Positions 43,463 through 53,063 of a stretch of DNA of 64,000 bases are shown here, in pieces. This DNA is from Candidatus Bathyarchaeota archaeon. GTDB taxonomy: Archaea > Thermoproteota > Bathyarchaeia > Bathyarchaeales > Bathycorpusculaceae. How positions within the stretch are numbered: position 1 is the stretch's first letter; every line of letters starts with the position of its first letter. The notes beneath the pieces are model-generated. The model did no database searches. It was not told the DNA's origin and was given only the letters and a program-made list of their open reading frames with translations. The translations under genes and the position numbers were made by a program. The stretch is taken from positions 256,001 through 320,000 of the forward strand of contig CAWABA010000006.1 of assembly GCA_963780185.1 (NCBI GenBank). The letters run 5' to 3'.

Positions 43463-43969
43463 TTAAGGTTCAACATCGCTTTTTTTCGATATTCTTCTTA
43501 ATTGCGGATATTCTTTGCTTTTGGCTGACAACCAAATCCCAAATCCTAAGGCTAAAAAGCCGTCCCGATAGAAGTTTTGATACGCATATTGCATTGTGGT
43601 TTGCGTTGAATGGTTGGTTTTAAAGGAGAAATACCATAATGCATTTACGCAATTTAGCAACAAAAATAGGCTGAATACGATAACTAATAATCCGCCTAAA
43701 CTTATCAAGGCATTTCGTAGGCGGTTGGGGTTTTTGGGTCGTCTAAATTCGTTTATCAGCCATAAACCTACGACTAAGAGAAACGAGCCTGATGCAAAGT
43801 AAAGATTCCTTGTGGCATCGCTGAGACCGATGTTAAATACGGTTATTTCGCTTAATGGAATGTAGATAAGTTCTGCTCCTGCAGAGAAAACGATAACGCC
43901 TAATAATCCCAAAAAAAGCAGGACTCTAGGGTTTTTATTAACCGTAACTCTATCAATCAGTTTAGGCAT
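43463..43969 (-). CDS. Four-TM hypothetical membrane protein with an internal two-fold repeat
   Basis: Two units of KNP-x-L...TM...TM-GxWL; AT-rich codon usage. Confidence 0.7.
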   Translation of the reverse strand: MPKLIDRVTVNKNPRVLLFLGLLGVIVFSAGAELIYIPLSEITVFNIGLSDATRNLYFASGSFLLVVGLWLINEFRRPKNPNRLRNALISLGGLLVIVFSLFLLLNCVNALWYFSFKTNHSTQTTMQYAYQNFYRDGFLALGFGIWLSAKSKEYPQLRRISKKSDVEP

Positions 43970-44031
43970 AATGGGATTTATTGATTGAGTTAGTTTATAG
44001 TTTTTGTCATCTCTTGTTTTGGTTTAAAATC

Positions 44032-44121
44032 GCTTAGTCTGGCACTTCATGATTTCCTATGGAGACACGAGGAGCAGTGTTGGTTCCAGTCGTTTGTTTT
44101 CGAGTGCGGGGAATGCGTCGA
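44032..44121 (-). pseudogene. Decayed duplicate of the last ~30 codons of the 489-aa glnA
   Basis: Aligns with 46027-46120; reads DAFPAL/KTNDWNQHC/VSP*EIMKC versus EAFIELKTNDWNQYCLYVSPWEIMKY. Confidence 0.9.
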
Positions 44122-44257
44122 GACTTTTTGACAAAAAAGTTATCCATTCTGTTTTCATGCCTTTAAATACCTAAAATCCTCCAAGAAAAAGTATATTGAG
44201 GAAGATTTGAGCTCTAAATCACAAAAGCAATTCGAACTAAACCCTACATTACTTTGG

Positions 44258-44343
44258 GGGTACCCCATATTTACATCAAAAAACCAAGGTAAAAATGGGT
44301 TGGCACAAACCGAGGGAGGGGGTCTACTATTTGTGACCAAAAC
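44258..44343 (-). repeat. Dispersed structured repeat, copy 1
   Basis: Reverse complement matches 55563-55722 (TAGACCCCC...CCCATxTTTACCTTGxTTTTTTGATGTAAAxATGGGGTACCC). Confidence 0.9.
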
Positions 44344-44389
44344 CCAACACAAAAAGCAAACAAAAAAAAGAAAAGAAAGAAACGTCTGG

Positions 44390-45757
44390 TTAGAGCCGTT
44401 TTATGTAGCGGTTGACTTCCCAGTCGGTTACTTGGGTGCGGTACAGGTCCCATTCTCGGCGTTTTTCCCGTAGGAAGTTCTCAAACGCGGTTTCACCCAA
44501 CGTCTCCTTCATCAAATCGCTGGTTTCAAACTCGTCTAGAGCTTCCTGCAGCGACTCGGGCAGCGAAACGATGTTTCGTTCTTTGCGTTCCTCGTAAGTC
44601 ATCTGGTAAACGTTGAGCTCCACTGGGTCGCCTGGGTCAATGCGGTTTCGGATGCCGTCCAACCCTGTTGCCAAAAGCACAGCGAACTGCAGATACGGGT
44701 TGCCTGCGCCGTCTGGGCAGCGGATTTCGCATCGGGCAGCGTTCTTTCTGCCGCCGAAGTTTGGTACTCGGATGAGTGGCGAACGGTTTTTGTGTGCCCA
44801 TGCAAGGTAGACGGGGGCTTCGTAGCCTGGAACAAGCCGTTTGAAGCTGTTTGGCCAAGAATCGAGGACGGCGCACATTTTGCGTCCATGAGCCAGTTGT
44901 CCGCCGATGAAGTTGCGTGCGAGGTCAGAGAGGAAACCGTTTTTCTCATCGTTTGCGAAGAAGAGGTTTTGGGTTCCGTCTTTGCTCCAGAGGCTTTGGT
45001 GAGTGTGCATTCCTGACCCGTTTATGCCGCTGAAGGGTTTAGGCATGTAGGTTGTGATGTAGCCGTTTCTTGCGCCCACAACTTTGCCGCACATTTTCAT
45101 CGTGACTGTTCGGTCGGCGGTTTTGACGGCTTCGTCGTATTTGAAGTCGATTTCGTTTTGTCCCAACGCGACTTCGTGATGGGAAATTTCAATTTCGATG
45201 CCGAAGGCTTCGGCGGTGTCGGCGATTTCTCGACGTAAATCGTCTGTTAAGTCGCCTGGGTGAAAGTCAAAGTACCCAGCCATGTCGATTGGTTTAGGCA
45301 AGACGCCTGCTTCCTCGCTTTCTTTAACAATGAAGAACTCCAGTTCTGGGGCACAGAAAAAGATGTAGCCTGCTTTTGTGGCTTTGTCAACTGCCCGCTC
45401 GAGGACGAAGCGTGGGTCGCCTTCAAACCGCTTGTTTTGGGGGGTGTAGATGTCGCAGATGAGTCTGGCGCTGGATTTTTCTTTGGGACGCCATGGCACC
45501 ACAGCGAAAGTTGTTGGGTCAGGGTACAGCACCATGTCGGATTCTTCGATTGGGCGGTAACCAGTTATGCTGGAGCCGTCGAATGATTGGCCGTTTTCAA
45601 AAATCGTTTCAAGGTTTTTTGAGCTTACGGCTAAGTTTTTGAGCATGCCGTTTATGTCTGTGAATTGAAGCCTGACATATTTGATGTCTTGTTCTTGGAT
45701 TTGCGCAATGACTTTGGTTACGCTTTCTTTCCATGATGCGTCTTTAAAATTTCTCAT
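44390..45757 (-). CDS. glnA: Glutamine synthetase type I, alpha-like (455 aa)
   Basis: FDGSSITG...IEESDM, HHEVALGQNEI, MPKP...NGSGMHTHQSL, KRLVPGYEAP, EIRCPD. Confidence 0.95.
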   Translation of the reverse strand: MRNFKDASWKESVTKVIAQIQEQDIKYVRLQFTDINGMLKNLAVSSKNLETIFENGQSFDGSSITGYRPIEESDMVLYPDPTTFAVVPWRPKEKSSARLICDIYTPQNKRFEGDPRFVLERAVDKATKAGYIFFCAPELEFFIVKESEEAGVLPKPIDMAGYFDFHPGDLTDDLRREIADTAEAFGIEIEISHHEVALGQNEIDFKYDEAVKTADRTVTMKMCGKVVGARNGYITTYMPKPFSGINGSGMHTHQSLWSKDGTQNLFFANDEKNGFLSDLARNFIGGQLAHGRKMCAVLDSWPNSFKRLVPGYEAPVYLAWAHKNRSPLIRVPNFGGRKNAARCEIRCPDGAGNPYLQFAVLLATGLDGIRNRIDPGDPVELNVYQMTYEERKERNIVSLPESLQEALDEFETSDLMKETLGETAFENFLREKRREWDLYRTQVTDWEVNRYIKRL

Positions 45758-46028
45758 TTTCCCATTTCACCTTAGCGTTAAGTGCTATTTGCCTGCTGAA
45801 TTAATAAGCGTTTAAGCATAAATATCTTTAACGTCCCAGCTCAGCTTATAAGGGAAATGAACAGTCGTCTATAAATCAACGGTTTTTTTGACAGGTAAAC
45901 AAAGGGCAATGGCGTCTGAGAGTGAACTTTAAAGGAAAAAACGCTAAAATTAAAGATTAAAAAGAAAAAAATTAAGGCAAGATTGAGGTTGACTCAAAGC
46001 TTGCTTGTTTTGCGATTGCGTTGTTTGC

Positions 46029-47498
46029 TTAGTAGTCGAGGTACTTCATTATTTCCCATGGGGAAACGTACAGGCAATACTGGTTCCAATCGTTTGTTTT
46101 GAGTTCGATGAATGCTTCGAACACGTGGTCGCCCATAGCTTCTTTGATGACTGTGTCGCTTTCCATCTCATCTAATGCGCCTTTGAGTGTGGTTGGCAGC
46201 TCTTTTATGCCGAGTTCCTTGCGTTTCATCTTGGTCAGTTTGTAAACGTCTTCGTCCACTGGGTCGCCTGGCTCAATCTTCTTCTTGACGCCGTCTAAGC
46301 CCGCCATCATTATGCATGCGAATGCCAAGTACGGGTTGCATGATGGGTCAACGCCTCGGTATTCAACGCGTTTCTGGGCTGCATGCGAGGGTCCTTTGTA
46401 GTACATGGGTATGCGTGCGAGTGCTGAGCGGTTGGCTTTTGACCACATGACGTAGATTGGGGCTTCGAAGCCTGGAACAAGCCGTTTGTAGCTGCTAACA
46501 GTTGGGCAACACACTGCAGTTAGGGCTTTGGCGTGGGCAAGTATGCCTCCTACGTAGTATCTGCCTGTCTGGCTGAGTTCGCAGTACTCGTCTTTTGCGT
46601 CGTACATGGCGTTTTTGCCGTCTTTCCAAAGGCTTGAGTGAACGTGCATGCCGCTGGCGTTGTCAAGGTAGATTGGTTTTGGCATGAAGGTGGCGATTAA
46701 GCCGCGTTTTTTGGCGATGTTTTTGGCGACGAATTTGAAGAAGAGTGCGCGGTCAGCTGTTTCGAGAAGTTCGCCGTATTTGTAGTCGATTTCTACTTGG
46801 CCCACTGTTGCTACTTCATGGTGATGTTTCTCGATTGTTAAGCCAAAGTTGTCTTCCAGTACCTGTGAAACTTCGTTTCGGTACTCAACGGTTGTGTCTT
46901 CTGGCGGGGTTCGGTAGTAGGCTTCTTTAGGCCGCAGGATGAAGCCGCCGGGCGTTACTTCTGGAGAGTTCGGCACCACACGTGGCGCACCCCATGCGTC
47001 TCCTTCGCCGCTTTTCGGAGCAGCCCAAAGGTCCCATGTCAGCTTGGTTGGGTCGATTGAGGTGAATACGAAGTGTTCAAGTTCAGGCGCGAAAATCCCA
47101 GTGTACCCCATATCCTTAGCGGCTTTAATTGCTCTTTTCGCAACGTAGCCTCTTGGGCAGGTAACGGAGGGTTCTTTTGCTCCTGAAGCTTCCAATGCGT
47201 CGCCCAGAACGATTGCGCTTTTTTGCGTTTCATCGGTTACCCATGGCATTATCGATAAGGTTTTGGCGTCTGGCATGAAGATCATGTCGGATTCTTCGAT
47301 TGATTTGAAGCCGCGAACAGAAGATCCGTCGAAGCCGATGCCGTCGGTGAATGCTGAGCCGCTTATGTATTCTCTGGCTGGTAGAACCATGTCTTGGAGT
47401 ATTCCTCTTACATCGACGAATGCGCTGTGCACCCATCGGATGTTGTTTGATTTGAGAGTTTCAATAGCTTTCTTAACTTCACTCATGATTTTCACCAT
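46029..47498 (-). CDS. glnA: Glutamine synthetase type I with a beta-like insertion (489 aa)
   Basis: FDGSSVRGFKSIEESDM, HHHEVATVGQVEI, DNASGMHVHSSLW, KRLVPGFEAP, EYRGVD; insertion after ELEHF. Confidence 0.95.
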   Translation of the reverse strand: MVKIMSEVKKAIETLKSNNIRWVHSAFVDVRGILQDMVLPAREYISGSAFTDGIGFDGSSVRGFKSIEESDMIFMPDAKTLSIMPWVTDETQKSAIVLGDALEASGAKEPSVTCPRGYVAKRAIKAAKDMGYTGIFAPELEHFVFTSIDPTKLTWDLWAAPKSGEGDAWGAPRVVPNSPEVTPGGFILRPKEAYYRTPPEDTTVEYRNEVSQVLEDNFGLTIEKHHHEVATVGQVEIDYKYGELLETADRALFFKFVAKNIAKKRGLIATFMPKPIYLDNASGMHVHSSLWKDGKNAMYDAKDEYCELSQTGRYYVGGILAHAKALTAVCCPTVSSYKRLVPGFEAPIYVMWSKANRSALARIPMYYKGPSHAAQKRVEYRGVDPSCNPYLAFACIMMAGLDGVKKKIEPGDPVDEDVYKLTKMKRKELGIKELPTTLKGALDEMESDTVIKEAMGDHVFEAFIELKTNDWNQYCLYVSPWEIMKYLDY

Positions 47499-47609
47499 AC
47501 TAAATCATATGTTTTAGATTCCATCTGAAACATAAACATATATAAGCTTATCTCTTAAAACATTGAATAAACGTTCACCATGGGAAAATAAACGCGGCGC
47601 CTATGGGAG

Positions 47610-47647
47610 TTCATAACTCTTATGAAGGGGTCATAACACCTCATAAC
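47610..47647. promoter_or_regulatory. Phased TCATAA(C) motif array upstream of glnA
   Basis: TTCATAA-CTC-TTATGAA palindrome plus TCATAAC at 47631 and 47641. Confidence 0.5.
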
Positions 47648-47677
47648 GAAAAAAGCCTAATCTTCACCTTGCGAAGC

Positions 47678-48133
47678 TTATGTTTCTCTGCGCAGGAAAT
47701 CTCCAACATCCAACACGTTTTTAACCGCTACCTTCTCGGTGGCCGCTAAGTCGCCCGCAATCCACCCAAACCCGAGGCACTCGCCAAACTCGTTAAGCAC
47801 CAAAGTAGAATCGCCCCTACGCTTGGAACCCATCACCTTCACCACACCTGACCCGAAGATGTCTCTGCCGCAGATGAAAAGCCAAGCAGCCTTACGATCA
47901 ACAACAACCTTGTTCGCCGCTACAGGCAAAAGCATGTTGAGCAGGTTAAAGCTGGGGAAGAAAACCCCGTTTTTGACTTTGCCAAGGTACAAGCCAGCAT
48001 AGTAGAAGGTGTCTTGCATCTTTTTGAGGCGGGGATTCAGCAGGTAGAACCGTTGGTTTTTCTCAACCGTGAACTCTGGGTTAAAGACGATTTTGGCGCC
48101 CAAACGCACTGCAAAAACCTCAAGCGGCTTCAT
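47678..48133 (-). CDS. NIP7-like PUA-domain ribosome biogenesis protein
   Basis: YAGLYLGK, AWLFICGRD, VLNEFGECLGFG, DVGDFLRRE; coupled to the rsmB/NOP2 gene. Confidence 0.85.
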   Translation of the reverse strand: MKPLEVFAVRLGAKIVFNPEFTVEKNQRFYLLNPRLKKMQDTFYYAGLYLGKVKNGVFFPSFNLLNMLLPVAANKVVVDRKAAWLFICGRDIFGSGVVKVMGSKRRGDSTLVLNEFGECLGFGWIAGDLAATEKVAVKNVLDVGDFLRRET

Positions 48134-49017
48134 CGCTTAGCCTCCCGTTTGAGTTTGCAGACAAAGAAACCCTGCGTTTCCCCGGGCCAAAGTCTCTTGC
48201 AAAGAGCCATGGTAGCATCGAGTTTTTTGCCGAAAACCTCAGTCAACCCGTTTGATCCTATGCAGTCAACCTTTTGGATTTGAAGTCCCAGGTTTTTGAT
48301 TGCCCAATCCATGTTTAACTCGTCTTCTTCAGGTTCCAGCGAACAGGTGGAGTAGACGATTTCGCCGCCGTCGGCTAAGCATGTTGCTGTTTCCTTCAAA
48401 ATTGCCTTCTGCACTTCAGCGTTGCGTTCAACGTCTTCAAAGGTTCTGCGGTAAAACCACTTGTTGTCGCCTGCAAAGTTGCCCGAGCAGGGAACATCCA
48501 GCAAAATGCGGTCATACTTCCGATTCAACATGCCAGCTTGACGCGCATCAACATTGAAAACGATTGTGTTGCTCACGTGACAACGCTCCAGATGATTAGC
48601 CAACGCGTTCAGCCGCATCTTATTTATGTCCAACGCAGTTATGACGCCGCTGTTTCCCATTATGTCCGAAAGCTGAAGCGTTTTTCCTCCTGGCGCCGCA
48701 CAGGCATCCAGCACCATTTTTCCACCTAAAGCCGTGAAGAGTGAGGCGGGAATTTGGGCGGCTGCCTCCTGAATCGAGTACAACCCGAGCAGGTATTCCG
48801 CTGTGGCGCCGGGGGAAACTTTTGATTTGTTGACCCAGTACCCCGCAGTCAAAAAAGGTATTTTTTCAAGTTCAACTCCTAAGCCGCGGAGCCGCTCGGG
48901 AAGTTTCTTGGCTTTTGCGTTTTGCTGGTTAATGCGTATCGATTGCCGCAGCTGAGTTTCCCTGTAGGTCCAGCCGAGCCGTGCGTAGCGGTCTAGGAAA
49001 AACTGTTTTTGTGACAT
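48130..49017 (-). CDS. RsmB/NOP2-family RNA m5C methyltransferase
   Basis: LDACAAPGGKT, ILLDVPCSG, VYSTCSLEPEE, QGFFVCKL motifs. Confidence 0.95.
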   Translation of the reverse strand: MSQKQFFLDRYARLGWTYRETQLRQSIRINQQNAKAKKLPERLRGLGVELEKIPFLTAGYWVNKSKVSPGATAEYLLGLYSIQEAAAQIPASLFTALGGKMVLDACAAPGGKTLQLSDIMGNSGVITALDINKMRLNALANHLERCHVSNTIVFNVDARQAGMLNRKYDRILLDVPCSGNFAGDNKWFYRRTFEDVERNAEVQKAILKETATCLADGGEIVYSTCSLEPEEDELNMDWAIKNLGLQIQKVDCIGSNGLTEVFGKKLDATMALCKRLWPGETQGFFVCKLKREAKR

Positions 49018-49172
49018 TCACTCTACATTGCGGCAAAGGGAATAAAAACTTTGCAGCGGCGCCTGACCCTGCATAATTGCTGGAAGAGTTCCTAAGTCTG
49101 TTTTTACTAGGCATTACTTAGGACATGATATGAAAAAGCATTTGGAGTATAGTATTAGGGGTTGAAGAGTGT

Positions 49173-49373
49173 TTAGAGAGCAGTTTGCTTTCTTAGCGTC
49201 TTTAGTTTTAGTTCCCTTCTTTGGGCTATCTTGGTTCCATATCTTTTCCTAACGTAACTTGTCCTACACTTGTTTGAGTGGTACACTTTTTTTGGATCAT
49301 ACGTTTCAAATACGATGCCACAGTGGCAGGTTCTAATGAGAACTACACTACTTAATCTCTCAAAGTTTTCCAT
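49173..49373 (-). CDS. Small Cys/His zinc-finger-like basic protein
   Basis: RTCHCGIVFETYDPKKVYHSNKCR (CxC...HxxxC), a virus/plasmid-like pattern. Confidence 0.65.
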   Translation of the reverse strand: MENFERLSSVVLIRTCHCGIVFETYDPKKVYHSNKCRTSYVRKRYGTKIAQRRELKLKTLRKQTAL

Positions 49374-49662
49374 ATTACGCTACCCAACAATTTTTACATT
49401 CAAGAAACTTGTGAAGAGTCTTATCCACATCGGTATACTCAACGATTAAGATAATAAGTCCTTCTTTTCCATTTACTCGCTATTTTTTTTAGACTCGTTG
49501 TTCATATCTCCATCCCATTAGGATCTAACAAGGCTCTTGCTGCTAAGGCTATTTCTACGCTGTGCAGATCTAACTTATCAAAATTAGAAGAAGAAACCAA
49601 ATATCTTTTGTGCCATGCCAATTAATAACAACCTCAAAGAAAATAATGCCATTTTCTTGTAA

Positions 49663-49821
49663 TTATCTAGAACCTACCTTATGCTTACCTGCCTTATACT
49701 TCCCCATGCCACAATCAAGACACTTAACGACATCTTCATCTTCTTCAAGGCGAGTGCTACCACAATAAGGACACTTTGGATATAAAACGTTATTCAGGTT
49801 TTTCACAGCTTGTTTACTCAC
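49663..49821 (-). CDS. 52-aa zinc-ribbon protein (not in ORF track)
   Basis: GTG start; KCPYCGSTRLEEDEDVVKCLDCG. Confidence 0.7.
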   Translation of the reverse strand: MSKQAVKNLNNVLYPKCPYCGSTRLEEDEDVVKCLDCGMGKYKAGKHKVGSR

Positions 49822-49870
49822 CTTGTTTGTATCTTAACTACCTTATTTTAGTGTTGGCTATTTCTCCCTC

Positions 49871-50053
49871 CTATTTTTTGGCAGGTGCAATGCGATAGTT
49901 CGCGTATATTTCTGCTTGAGTTAGTCCATAAAACTCTGCATATCCCTGTGTGAGTGTTTTCTTGTTTTCAAGACATTCAGGATTAATGCAGACATACTCG
50001 CCACATACACCCTCTATTCGTTTAAGCATTTGACCACAAGCAGGACATTTCAT
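49871..50053 (-). CDS. 60-aa zinc-ribbon protein
   Basis: MKCPACG...YVCINPEC. Confidence 0.7.
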   Translation of the reverse strand: MKCPACGQMLKRIEGVCGEYVCINPECLENKKTLTQGYAEFYGLTQAEIYANYRIAPAKK

Positions 50054-50299
50054 AATCAGTCAATTCACTTTCTATGCTATGCAGATTTAAGACTTATCAT
50101 CAGTGAAAACTTGCACGCATTGACAACAGAAGATTCAACTTCTCAGCGTCATAAACAGACATTGAGACTTGAAAACCGTATTCTGTTCCATTATGATACT
50201 TGAAAAAAGCTTTAGTGTAGAACTTTGGTATTACAGTCAGAGGAATACACTTGGAGCGGATAAGTGGTTACTGTGCGAATTTGAAGAAAGCTCATTGGG

Positions 50300-50332
50300 A
50301 CTTTTTTGAGGCGATTGAGGCTTCAAACTCAT
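50300..50332 (-). pseudogene. 5' stub of a HicA-like toxin
   Basis: ATG directly after the hicB stop, MSLKPQSPQK, then no GSH motif. Confidence 0.45.
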
Positions 50333-50545
50333 TTAGGCGTGAACTTCGACGAATTGAACGCCGACAAGTTCGGTGTGTCCTTGGCTTTTTAGTCCTTCAA
50401 CCGCTAAACATGCCTGGATTGCTTCTTTGATTCTTTTCATAACTTCATCAAGGGTTTTAGCTTGGGTATGGCAGCCTGGCAATTCTGGAACTGAAGCGAC
50501 GTAGTATCCGTCTTCATCTTTCTCAACAACAACACCGAATTTCAT
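50333..50545 (-). CDS. hicB: HicB-family antitoxin
   Basis: VVVEKDEDGYYVASVPELPGCHTQAKTLDE...IKEAI. Confidence 0.93.
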   Translation of the reverse strand: MKFGVVVEKDEDGYYVASVPELPGCHTQAKTLDEVMKRIKEAIQACLAVEGLKSQGHTELVGVQFVEVHA

Positions 50546-50617
50546 GAGACTACCCGATGTTACGTCAATGGGTAAACTATTACTAAAGGCTTATTGCCCA
50601 ACATCAAACAGAGCGTT

Positions 50618-50645
50618 TGGCCTGCGGGGCGGGATTTGAACCCTC
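50618..50645 (-). other. tRNA 3'-end-like fragment (possible att scar)
   Basis: GAGGGTTCAAATCCCGCCCCGCAGGCCA = T arm + acceptor 3' strand + CCA; no 5' half upstream. Confidence 0.6.
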
Positions 50646-50751
50646 AGGGTACAAGTACAAACTTTTTCTAACTTTTAGAAAATTGCCATTTTCAGTAGCG
50701 AGGGGATACATTTTTTAGGTAAGAAAGTAAGATTGTGTTGGGTAAAAATAA

Positions 50752-51042
50752 ATGGCTCAGAATGAAAAGGCTGACCTTACGATTCTCAGCGAAAAAGGCC
50801 AAGTTGTTATACCTGCAAAAATAAGGTCACGAATGGGCTTGAAACCTAAAACAAAATTCCTCGTCTATGAGTGCAATGACTCAGTGATACTGAAGAAGTT
50901 TGAAGAGCCCGACTTATCAAAAGAGCTTGAAGCCATGTACAAAAGAGTCGATGAAAGAATCGCAAAATACGGCGAACTTTCAAACGACGAGATAAACCAA
51001 ATAATCCATGAGCACAGACAAAAGAAAAAGACGCCAAAGTGA
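50752..51042 (+). CDS. AbrB/MazE/SpoVT-family antitoxin
   Basis: SEKGQVVIPAKIRSRMGLKP...VILKK. Confidence 0.92.
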   Translation: MAQNEKADLTILSEKGQVVIPAKIRSRMGLKPKTKFLVYECNDSVILKKFEEPDLSKELEAMYKRVDERIAKYGELSNDEINQIIHEHRQKKKTPK

Positions 51043-51053
51043 CAAATTAAGAA

Positions 51054-51460
51054 TGAAAGTGCTCCTTGACACAAACGTCTTAGTTTCAGCTTTAATAAAG
51101 CCAGGGAACCCACGTGACCTATTTAACAAATTATCAAAAAATAAACAGATAATTTTGTCCAGAGCCATTCTCGAAGAGTTTCTCGACGTAATCGAGGACT
51201 TTAAGGTAGCAAAATACACAAACGAACAGGACACAACTGTGTTTCTTAAAGCATTAGGAAACGCCGCGACAATAGTGCAGGTGAAATCTAAGTTCAAGGC
51301 TGTGGTGGAGGATCCTGATGATGACATTATTGTGCGAGCAGCTTATGACGGTAAAGCTGACTATATTGTTTCAGGCGACAAGCATCTGCTCGCATTGAAA
51401 GAATCCAAAGGAATCAGAATCCTAACTATTAATGAAATGCTGAATATCCTGAATAGATAG
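51054..51460 (+). CDS. PIN-domain (VapC-like) toxin
   Basis: MKVLLDTNVLVSAL...EDPDDD...ADYIVSGDKHLL. Confidence 0.93.
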
Positions 51461-51751
51461 CATTATTTTATACCCTGATGGAAAGGGTGAAACTTCGGGT
51501 TTTTCCGCCTCTCCGTATCGGTGCAATGGGTCGCAAGCTTGGACCTATTGGTGGCTGGCGGGGACAGGTTTGAGCCCTCGTTTGAACCCTCTGGTGGTTA
51601 GTGGCAGGCGCATCGAAGAAAAGCAGAACAACCCGTACTATCCCAAATAATGGAAGCGTCATAGTTTAGTTATTACTTGTGGACACTTTGCATGTGCACT
51701 GTGCTGCTTCAATTTTTATAGTTGAAAACTTACTCGTTATTGGGGAAGCTG

Positions 51752-52847
51752 TTGAAGAATCCTGCCACTTACGTATCCGAAACAGTTTTGGAGAGGGAGG
51801 AGACGAGCTCGGGGGGTTATAGAGGCGTGTAGAACGGAGAACGGGTTCAACGCCAGCACGCAACTGTATCATCAGCTGTGGTTAAGAGATTTAGTTTACT
51901 CGGAAGATGTCCTGCTAGGACTCGGGTACCATAGGGATGTTGAAAATCACTTATCGGAATTCATAAAATTGCAGCGCAGCAACGGGCAAATGCCAACCGT
52001 CATTGATTTCAGCGTCAGCAAATTGATTCGTCAAAGGTTTCAGCGCTGCTCATCCGATGCAGAAATCTTGTTTGTCATAGGGATGCGTAAGTTTGCTGCC
52101 GCTGGAGGCGACAAGTTTTTTGAAGAAAATGGCGCGGCTGTGAAGTCATGCGTTGCGTTCCTTGAGGGCAAGCTGGATGCGCATCGGTTTATCCCTGGCA
52201 TGGATTGGAGGGATGCGATGCCTGTCTACATTGGGAAGTGTCTACTTGCGAACCAGATGCTTCTAGCCGACATGTACGAGTTGCAGGGAAACTTTGCGGC
52301 GGCGAACTTGGTTAAGGAAAATGTGAACAGGCTCTTTTATTTGGGGGAGCTGGGTTGGTATGCCGACGCTGTTTCTTGGGTTGGCGGTGAACTTGTGCAG
52401 GATCGTCATTTTGATTGCTTCGGAAACGCCTTAGCCATCCTCAACGGAACAGCCCCGGAAAAATCTTTCCAAGGTTTCCTTCGGGGTTTTGAAGTTGCAA
52501 AAACAGCTTTCGGCTACAGAAACATCACGCCATACTACGAGTTCGACCGAGAAAAGGCGCTGGCAACATGGTACAGAAAGTGCCGCGTGCCGTTCGGCGT
52601 GTTTCTCAGAAACAGACCGGGCAAATACCAGAACTCCGCGATATGGCCTTTTGTCGAGGTGCGGGTGATTGAGGCGCTACGGAAACTGCATGCCGCTGGC
52701 GAGGCGGAGGCAGCAGCCAGCCTGCTCCTTGGGCGCGAGGGCTTTAGCGAGTATTATGATCCAGCAACGGGGGCGCCTGAGGGCAGCGGGGGGCAGCTTT
52801 GGACAGCAGCGGCGGCGCTTACGGCAATTAACCATGGCAGGTCATGA
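51752..52847 (+). CDS. (alpha/alpha)6 glycoside hydrolase, amylo-alpha-1,6-glucosidase/GH100-like (5' end inferred across a frameshift)
   Basis: Frame extends upstream of 51969 through YHQLWLRD; DWRD, YQNSAIWPFV, FSEYYDP...QLWTAA motifs. Confidence 0.8.
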
Positions 52848-52884
52848 AAACCAAAACCCACGCAAAATCGAACCCGCCGCCGAG

Positions 52885-53063
52885 AAAGTCGCAATGCCCA
52901 TACGCGACAATGCCGTCTATGTTGAGTCAACATGGAAAGTCGCAATCCGCCCATACCAAAGTCGCAACACTCAAGCAGAAACCAAGCCTAAACCAAAAAA
53001 GCAACCCAAAACACAAAGCCCAAAAGCGGAAAGTCGCAACTTTCACCAAAACAAAAGTCGCAA
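52885..53063 (+). repeat. Five exact copies of AAAGTCGCAA in an A/C-skewed intergenic tract
   Basis: Copies start at 52885, 52936, 52958, 53030 and 53054. Confidence 0.85.

Noticed and set aside
44155-44473. Short ORFs over the dispersed repeat
   Set aside because: The reading frame is not conserved between repeat copies, so the element is non-coding.
52885-53063. Possible CRISPR array
   Set aside because: The repeat is only 10 bp with irregular spacing, and there are no cas genes; no CRISPR array was seen anywhere in the window.
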